Below are positions 1 to 5,694 of a DNA stretch of 6,834 nucleotides, piece by piece. The notes below the pieces were generated by a model, which was not told the DNA's origin, searched no databases, and saw only the letters and a program-made list of their open reading frames with translations. Position 1 is the first letter of the stretch, and every line of letters begins with the position of its first letter. The stretch comes from Octopus sinensis (taxonomy: Eukaryota): assembly GCF_006345805.1 (NCBI RefSeq), contig NW_021828978.1, positions 1 through 6,834 of the forward strand, read 5' to 3'. Position numbers and translations under genes: made by a program.

Positions 1-86
1 ATTATTTAAGCTTACGCCACCGATTCCGCCTTCATGTTGTTTTGCATTTAATGATAAAATAAATATACATATTATAAAAAAATAAA

Positions 87-150
87 CGGTGCTCCAGCAT
101 GGCCACAGCTCGTGAGCTGAAACTAGATAAAATGAAATAAATAAAATAAA
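87..150 (+). mobile_element. Isolated 3' tail of a SINE/LINE related to SINE family A (heavily 5'-truncated)
   Basis: CGGTGCTCCAGCATGGCC (87-104) is identical to the tail of the full SINE at 3737-3754. It is followed by a stem-loop (106-119), AAAC and an A-rich tail. Confidence 0.75.
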
Positions 151-160
151 TGAAGCAATA

Positions 161-243
161 CAGTACTGTTTCTACTTCGCGGATTTTCACTTATCGCGGG
201 GCTTTTGAAACGTAACACACGCAATAGTCGAGGGATTACTCTG
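161..243. mobile_element. Terminus or mini-derivative of a pogo/Tigger-like (Tc1/mariner superfamily) DNA transposon
   Basis: The right end reads CAG(AG)TAATCCCTCG on the minus strand, resembling the CAGTA..CCCTCG ends of pogo/Tigger TIRs. There is a degenerate subterminal hairpin (TTATCGCGGGG 191-201 / ACACGCAATAG 218-228) and TA|CAGTA at 159-165. The family assignment is from recalled similarity only. Confidence 0.5.
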
Positions 244-282
244 TGTGTGGTGTGTATGTATGTGTGTGTGTGTGTGTGTGTG
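242..282 (+). repeat. Interrupted (TG)n microsatellite
   Basis: Read directly from the sequence. It sits where the internal (TG)n of SINE family A would lie. Confidence 0.95.
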
Positions 283-478
283 TTCCTCTCCACCCCTTGA
301 AAACTGTTGCTGATTTGTCTGTGTCCCCCGCAACTTAGCGGTTCGGCGAAAAACACGTATATATAGAATTAGTACCAGATTGAAAAAAAGTTTTGTGAAG
401 TCGATTTGTGAGATGAAGACTCCAGCTTGCGGTGCTCCAGCTTGGTCGCAGTCCAATGACTGAAAGAAACAATAAAAT
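283..478 (+). mobile_element. SINE family A, 3' half (diverged)
   Basis: Collinear with 3587-3780: TTGA.AAC, GTCCCC, CTTAGCGGTTCGGC, GTCGAT, GCGGTGCTCCAGC and the CAGTC-NNNN-GACTG hairpin. CTCCAGCTTG is duplicated locally (420-429, 435-444). Confidence 0.85.
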
Positions 479-540
479 ATAAATTGTTGATGTTAGAAAT
501 TATAATTATAATAATGGTTATCGTAATGCTATTATCAATG

Positions 541-666
541 TAATAGTCATTATCATTATTATATTGACTAATAGTCATTATCAACATTATATATGGCTAA
601 ATAGCCATATTATCAAATAGTATATTAATAATCATTATTATATTGCTAATAATCATTATCATTATC
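541..666 (+). repeat. Degenerate AT-rich minisatellite, unit ~21-29 bp (TAATAGTCATTATCATTATTATATTGAC-like)
   Basis: Units start at 541, 569, 598, 626 and 647 with TAATAGTCATTAT or TAATAATCATTAT. Confidence 0.7.
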
Positions 667-772
667 CGTTCGATAAACAGTTTTTGGTTTGTTTTTCTTT
701 TGTATCGTTATAAAACAAAGGTAGATTTCAGAGAAGACAAATTAAAAATTGTTCTGTCATAATTGTTTTGTT

Positions 773-1104
773 AGGGTGATTGGGTCAGCTAACTCATTTG
801 AGCGTCGAACAAGATATCTTGCGATATTCGTACAGGTTCTGTACGTTCTACGTTGGGATCTTTTCGGTTTGAACGGCAGTTTTTAACATAATTTCTAAAA
901 CGGATTGATACTAGGGTCATAAAACGGATCGAAACTAGGGTCATAATTATAGGTGACAGTTTCATATGACACCACTAGAAAAAACTGTCGTTCAAACCGA
1001 AAAGATCCCTAAGTTGAAATATCACCGAGGTCAACTTTGCCTTTCATTTGTCAGGGGTTAATGAAAGGAAATAGTACTGAAGCACTAGGCTCGCTGTAAA
1101 TCAA
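773..1104 (+). mobile_element. SINE family B copy interrupted by a MITE
   Basis: GCGTCGAACAA...GGTTCTGTACGTT (802-847) matches 5419-5464. AAAT..CACCGAGGTCAACTTTGCCTTTCAT (1017-1047) matches 5473-5485 and 4808-4824. The 5' and 3' boundaries are approximate. Confidence 0.8.
856..1008. mobile_element. 153-bp MITE (non-autonomous DNA transposon), Merlin-like by its termini and TSD length
   Basis: 29-bp TIRs GGATCTTTTCGGTTTGAACGGCAGTTTTT (856-884) and 980-1008 match at 28/29. The flanking 8-bp direct repeats are CTACGTTG (848-855) and CTAAGTTG (1009-1016), 7/8. Removing the element plus one TSD restores the host SINE. The MITE is well supported; the superfamily is inferred. Confidence 0.9.
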
Positions 1105-1169
1105 ATTAGCTTCATTGAGGCCCTGTATCGTGGTGAAGCCTTATGCTATTATGACACTAGTGCTAACAA

Positions 1170-1391
1170 ATGTTCTAATTTTGGTCCAAGGCCAAAAATT
1201 TAGAAGACAGGGACAGAGAACAGGTCGATTGCATCAATTCTAATTACTCGACTGGTATTTAATTCATCAATTCCGAAATGCTGAAGGACGAAGTTCAGCT
1301 TCAACGGAGTTTTAAGTCACAGCGTTAAAGAACCGGGAGAAATGCTGAAAATCCGACGAGCTAAATAAATATTCTGCCAGCTCACTGCCTT
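1170..1391 (-). mobile_element. SINE family B, near full length, diverged
   Basis: The reverse complement starts AAGGCAGTGAGCTGGCAGAAT (tRNA-like head with A-box) and continues GCTCGTCGG, CAGCATTTCTCCCGGTTCTTTAACG, ATACCAGTCGAGTA and GATGCAATCGAC, collinear with 4743-4873 and 5390-5496. Confidence 0.8.
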
Positions 1392-1679
1392 GCTTTCACA
1401 GAAAATAGAAAACATATATATATATCTTACCAATTTAGATGCCCTGTAGATTGGAAGGCTGTAATTTGTAGCCAGTTTGGCTTAAACCCAAATCCTGTAA
1501 TCTCTTTTGGTAAAGCTCATGAGGATGGATAAATTTTTTAAAGATTTAAGGGAACATGGGTTATATAATATTATAGGCGACAGGAGAAATAGCCAACCAA
1601 CGTTAAGTCCTTCGTCTGTTTCGGTATGGTGCCATCTCTTACAGGAGGCGAATTATGTAACATCAGGTTTATCGAGTTA

Positions 1680-1845
1680 GCACCAGGCGTGGTTGTGTGG
1701 TAAGAAGCTTGCTTCTCAACCCCATAGTTCCGGGTTCAGTCTCGCTGTGTGACACCGTGGGCAAGTGTCTTCTACAGTAGCATTGGGCAGACCAAAAGCC
1801 TTGTGAGTAGATTCGGTAAACGGAAACTGAAAAAACTCGTCGTAT
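1680..1845 (+). mobile_element. SINE family A, 5' half only (tRNA head + CORE-like segment)
   Basis: Collinear with 3386-3550, with an A-box-like TGGTTGTGTGG (1690-1700), a B-box-like GGTTCAGTC (1733-1741), GGGCAAGTGTCTTCTAC and GCCTTGTGAGT..ACGGAAACTGAAA. It stops at the microsatellite. Confidence 0.9.
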
Positions 1846-1885
1846 ACACATGCATACATACATACATATACATACATACATATAT

Positions 1886-1939
<54 letters not shown>

Positions 1940-1957
1940 TATATATATATATATATA
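1846..1957 (+). repeat. Compound (ATAC)n-(AT)n microsatellite
   Basis: Read directly from the sequence. Confidence 0.95.
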
Positions 1958-2116
1958 ATCGTATATCAGATATTATATTGTGTAAGGATTCCAAAATGGT
2001 GGAATGTAAATTTCTTCTCTTTTCTAATGTTGCAGAAACAACTTTATCTGTCATCTCAATGGTCTTGTCTTTTTCTCCTTTTACTTCTTAGAAATTTATT
2101 ATTTTTTCCTTCGTAG

Positions 2117-2170
2117 TCTCTCTCTCTCTCTCTCACAACACACACACATCACACACACACACACACAACA

Positions 2171-2201
<31 letters not shown>
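2117..2201 (+). repeat. Compound (TC)9-(CA)n microsatellite with single-base interruptions
   Basis: Read directly from the sequence. Confidence 0.95.
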
Positions 2202-2204
<3 letters not shown>

Positions 2205-3148
2205 TATAAATGCGTGTGTGTCTCTCTCATACTGGATCATGTATTACTGTTGCATTTTCTCCTTTCTGTTCACGGATCAGTGTACATTGTGGAGTATATA
2301 TACATGCACGCGCTCGCGTGTTTATAAACTTTTGCATTTCTGTATGTGTGTGTGTCTGTCTGTATGTGTGTTGGTGAGCATTCGTGTGCTCCATCAATTG
2401 TGCGTTTGACTTCTTCCATGTGTTAACCATAATGTAATAAGGGAAGCACGCCCGCGCACATATTGTGTTCTTTGTTTTAAAATTAATGCAAATTTTAAAT
2501 TATTTTCCTGTTCGTGTTCGCACGTGCGTGTTATATTCATCATCCTTTGTAATTATTACATGTGTGTGTGTATACATTGTGTGTGTGTGTGTGGAGGTAA
2601 ATTGTTTTAATACGCACGTGTATGCAATTAGTAAATGCATTATATATAAATTATAAGACCTACACACTCAAACACTCTTGTGACGTGGTTGGTGTTGCTT
2701 TAAATGATTCTAATTCAGTAAGTAATGCGACTTTGATGTAATTCTAGTTAATGGTCTGACTCGGCTTTAATATGAGTCCCTATATGCCCCACCTGCCTAT
2801 CCCTTCCACCCAGCAATTCTAACTTTTACTTGCGCCAATGAAGTAATTCGAGGACAGTTATTTGATAACCATTTCTGTACATTTGTTGTACGTAGGCATC
2901 GTTGCCATAGCTACATCCTCATTCATACCTTATAGACAAATACACGTGTGTGTGTGTTTGTGTATAACATTAGTCTCTCTAATTACTTAGGCGATCGGCA
3001 GTATATGCGAAACATTGGGTATAGTACGTAACCGAGTAAGTTGAATGTTGTAATAAACATTTGCATTCTATTTCTCTGTCGAGTACGTTTTTATTGGCTA
3101 AACTGGCAAAATGACCATTCCTAAATACAACAAAACATCATTCTATTT

Positions 3149-3207
3149 CACACACACACACACAACTCTATCTCTCTCACCACACACACACACCACACAC
3201 ACACACA
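3149..3207 (+). repeat. Compound (CA)n-(TC)n-(CA)n microsatellite
   Basis: Read directly from the sequence. Confidence 0.9.
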
Positions 3208-3311
3208 ACAAACATGAAGAGTGAGAGTAATCGTGTATGTTATCTTGTAAGCCATGTATGCTCGAATTACTCAATACCATCTGCTGTTCTCTCGATTTCA
3301 CACACAACATA

Positions 3312-3385
3312 CATACATATTTCTTTACTACCCACAAGGGGCTAAAGACAGAGAGGACAAACAAGGACAGACAAAGGTATTTGTC
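3312..3385 (-). mobile_element. Probable 3' tail fragment of a family B-type SINE abutting the head of the full family A SINE
   Basis: TTTCTTTACTACCCACAAGGGGCTAAA..GGACAAACAAGGACAGACAAA..GTCG resembles a SINE tail that I recall from octopus DNA. It has only weak internal similarity (CAAGG..GGACAG..GTCG) to the tail at 1170-1228. Confidence 0.45.
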
Positions 3386-3549
3386 GCGCAGGAGTGGCTG
3401 TGTGGAAAGTAGCTTGTTTACCAGCCACATGGTTCCAGGTTCAGTCCCACTGCGTGGCACCTTGGGCAAGTGTCTTCTACTCTAACCTCAGACCGACCAA
3501 AGCCTTGTGAGTGGATTTGGTAGACGGAAACTGAAAGAAGCCCGTCGTG

Positions 3550-3586
<37 letters not shown>

Positions 3587-3789
3587 CTGTGTTTGTCCCC
3601 CTAGCATTGCTTGACAACTGATGCTGGTGTGTTTATGTCCCCGTCACTTAGCGGTTCGGCAAAAAGAGACCGATAGGATAAGTACTGGGCTTACAAAAGA
3701 ATAAGTCCCGGTGGTCGATGTTGCTCGATTAAAGGCGGTGCTCCAGCATGGCCGCAGTCAAATGACTGAAACAAGTAAAAGAGTAAAGA
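3386..3789 (+). mobile_element. Full-length tRNA-derived SINE (family A; CORE-SINE-like, possibly related to octopus OR-type SINEs)
   Basis: It has a tRNA-like head with A/B boxes and ACCTTGGGCAAGT (3459-3471), which resembles the CORE-domain motif GACCTTGGGCAAGT. These are followed by an internal (TA)n(GT)n tract (3550-3586), a body, a 3' hairpin (3755-3768) and a short tandem tail GTAAAAGA-GTAAAGA (3775-3789). No TSD is visible. Four other segments in the window are homologous to it. Confidence 0.92.
3395..3448 (+). promoter_or_regulatory. Internal RNA polymerase III type 2 promoter (A-box/B-box) of the SINE
   Basis: A-box-like TGGCTGTGTGG (3395-3405) and B-box-like GGTTCAGTCCC (3438-3448) at tRNA-like spacing. 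Confidence 0.7.
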
Positions 3790-4317
3790 TTAATAATAAT
3801 AATATAATAATATTATTATTAATAAAAGCTGAAATGAACGCCCAAGTATACAATGCGTGTGGTTAATTGACAAAAAATATGACCGTCCCAAAAAATAACA
3901 ATATCCATAAAAGAAACAAAAAAAAGTAAATCCCAGTCCTACACACGTAAAATAAACTCGATACCAAAGCTTGCTTCCCTACCAAAAAGGAAAACAAAGA
4001 AATAACAAAAGTAAGGCTAGACCTCTTATGCTAAATATACACACAAGCTGCATGCTTCCATTAAAAATGCATGTATTGATGTTATTTCTATATGGAGTAT
4101 TTTAGAAATATAGATGCAGTTTTGTTGCTGGTCTTATCTCTTATTGAAGTAGTGTGCTGTTCTCTACTGTCCAGTCTGGCTACTCTATAGGGGAAGAAAT
4201 CGATTGGACTAATAAAGAACTGTGTGTGTGTCCGTGTAGATGTCGAGATGTCCATGTGTTCGTGTCCGCCGCTTTATGTCGATGCATATCTGTCCGTCCG
4301 TGTGTGTATGCATCTAT

Positions 4318-4334
4318 GTAGATAGGTAGATAGG

Positions 4335-4369
<35 letters not shown>

Positions 4370-4573
4370 GAGGTAGATAATAGAGAGGTAGATAGGTGGG
4401 TGGATGGATGGATAGGTAGGTAGGTAGGTAGATGGATGGATGGATGGGTAGGTAGATGGATGGATGGGTAGGTAGGTAGATAGACAGATAGATAGATAGA
4501 TAGATGGATAGGTAGATAGATAGATAGATGGAGGGATATGTAGGTAGGTAGGTAGATAGATAGATAGATAGAT
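4318..4573 (+). repeat. Compound tetranucleotide satellite (GATA/GGTA/GATG/GGTG)
   Basis: Read directly from the sequence. Internal higher-order duplications are 15 bp x2 (4361-4390) and 20 bp x2 (4435-4474). Confidence 0.95.
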
Positions 4574-4742
4574 GTGTGTCTGTTATTGTCTGGTGATAGA
4601 TATTTATTCATTGTCGGTTGGAGTGTCATCTATGGCACCTGCCAAAGAACTTGTCACTATTTTAGAATGAAACTGAATTTTAAAAAGACCGAATTCCATA
4701 AAATCCGTATTCTATATTATCATTATTCGTTGCAGATACATT

Positions 4743-4873
4743 GGCAGCGAGTTAGCAAAAAACGTTAGCACGTCGGGCAAAATGCTTAGCGGCGTTTCTT
4801 CCGGCTCTCAACTTTGCCTTTCATCTCTTCGGGGTCGATAAAATAAAATACAAGTCAATGACTGGGGTTTCGC
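4743..4873 (+). mobile_element. SINE family B copy with a ~30-bp internal deletion removing the B-box
   Basis: GGCAGCGAGTTAGCA..CGTTAGCACGTCGGGCAAAATGCTTAGCGGCGTTTCTTCCGGCTCT joins directly to CAACTTTGCCTTTCAT. Sibling copies (835-1047, 5451-5490) have about 30 additional bases at this point. Confidence 0.88.
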
Positions 4874-5073
4874 TATAAGTATATGACGTCAGTTATGAGT
4901 GAGTGTGCGCGTGCGAGTGTGTTCGACTGTTCGGCATTGGCAAACTGAGGAAGCACAATGTCACAGACTCAGTTGTGTTACTCATTCTGTATCTTCGATA
5001 CTGTCACAATCATTCAACGACAAAAAAAAAAACGTTTCTCATACTTTCACCCTTTAGCTTCCTTCAAGGCACG

Positions 5074-5076
<3 letters not shown>

Positions 5077-5121
<45 letters not shown>
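5077..5121 (+). repeat. (ATT)15 microsatellite
   Basis: Perfect trinucleotide run. Confidence 0.97.
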
Positions 5122-5123
<2 letters not shown>

Positions 5124-5227
5124 CATTTCCTTTTTTCTCTTCAAATATCGTGTTCAAAAACAATGTCTTGCGGACATTTAATGCCAATATTTTGGTTTTA
5201 GTTCATAATATAATTTTAATGTTTTAA

Positions 5228-5322
5228 AGGCGATGAACCGACCAGAGTCGTTACCGCGCGTCGACAAATGCTTAGCGGCATGCGTTCTGTACGTTCGGGA
5301 TCAACACGAGACCTGACTCTCT
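5228..5322 (+). mobile_element. SINE family B head fragment (copy 1 of the duplication)
   Basis: AGGCGATGAACCGA..GAGTCGTTACCGCGCGTCGAC..ATGCTTAGCGGCAT, homologous to 4743-4800. Confidence 0.85.
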
Positions 5323-5389
5323 AAATGTCTTGCGGACATTTAATGCCAATATTTTGGTTTTAGTTCATAATATAATTTTAATGTTTTAA

Positions 5390-5496
5390 AGGCGATGAAC
5401 CGACAGAGTCGTTACCGCGCGTCGAACAAAATGCTTAGCGGCATTTCTTCCGGTTCTGTACGTTCTGGGATCAAATTTCACCGAGCCTGACTCTCT
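5390..5496 (+). mobile_element. SINE family B head fragment (copy 2 of the duplication)
   Basis: The same head, including GGTTCTGTACGTTCTGGGATCAAATTTCACCGAG (B-box region). It is truncated just after the B-box. Confidence 0.88.
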
Positions 5497-5497
5497 G

Positions 5498-5590
5498 AGG
5501 CAACGAGATGGCAGGGTCGTAACCGCGTCGAACAAAATGTTTAGCGGCGTTTCTTTCTGGGTTCAAATTTCGCCGAAGCTAACTTTGTCT
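5498..5590 (+). mobile_element. Third SINE family B head, directly adjoining the second
   Basis: AGGCAACGAGATGGCAGGGTCGTAACCGCGTCGAACAAAATGTTTAGCGGCG, B-box-like GGTTCAAATT (5560-5569), ending AACTTTGTCT at the (TA)n tract. It has a ~14-bp deletion relative to copy 2. Confidence 0.85.
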
Positions 5591-5617
5591 ATATATATAT
5601 ATTGACAAGTTATATAA

Positions 5618-5690
<73 letters not shown>
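5590..5690 (+). repeat. (TA)n microsatellite, including a perfect (TA)36 at 5619-5690
   Basis: Read directly from the sequence. Confidence 0.97.

Positions 5691-5694
<4 letters not shown>

Larger units (their letters stand above)
5162..5496 (+). repeat. Tandem duplication, two copies (5162-5322, 161 bp; 5324-5496, 173 bp)
   Basis: The first 80 bp are identical (5162-5241 = 5324-5403). The remainder is collinear with indel differences, and both copies end in CCTGACTCTCT. Confidence 0.95.

Noticed and set aside
849-1010. Reading the MITE as a Tc1/mariner element with a TA TSD
   Set aside because: This would need an asymmetric extra CGTT at the left end. The 8-bp TSD model gives flush symmetric termini and restores the host SINE.
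1040-1068. 9-bp hairpin CCTTTCATT/AATGAAAGG as a terminator or structured RNA
   Set aside because: It lies within a decayed SINE, is absent from the sibling copy at 4818-4846, and intrinsic terminators are irrelevant in this eukaryotic context.
773-1391. Convergent SINE B pair as a long dsRNA substrate for A-to-I editing
   Set aside because: The orientation is right, but the copies are too diverged from each other by eye and one is split by the MITE, so a long duplex is not supported.
1982-2116. 54-nt mini-intron (GTAAGG...CTAAT..GCAG) and three successive acceptor-like sites (AG at 2035, 2091, 2116)
   Set aside because: The upstream sequence is (AT)n and no good donor follows any of the acceptors. 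Pyrimidine runs ending in AG are common in such DNA.
3386-3460. tRNA gene calls for the SINE heads (also 1680, 4743, 5498)
   Set aside because: A/B boxes are present, but there is no complete cloverleaf and each head continues into SINE body sequence.
3804-3819. 16-bp AT-only palindrome after the SINE tail
   Set aside because: It is the expected junction of (AAT)n and (ATT)n low-complexity runs.
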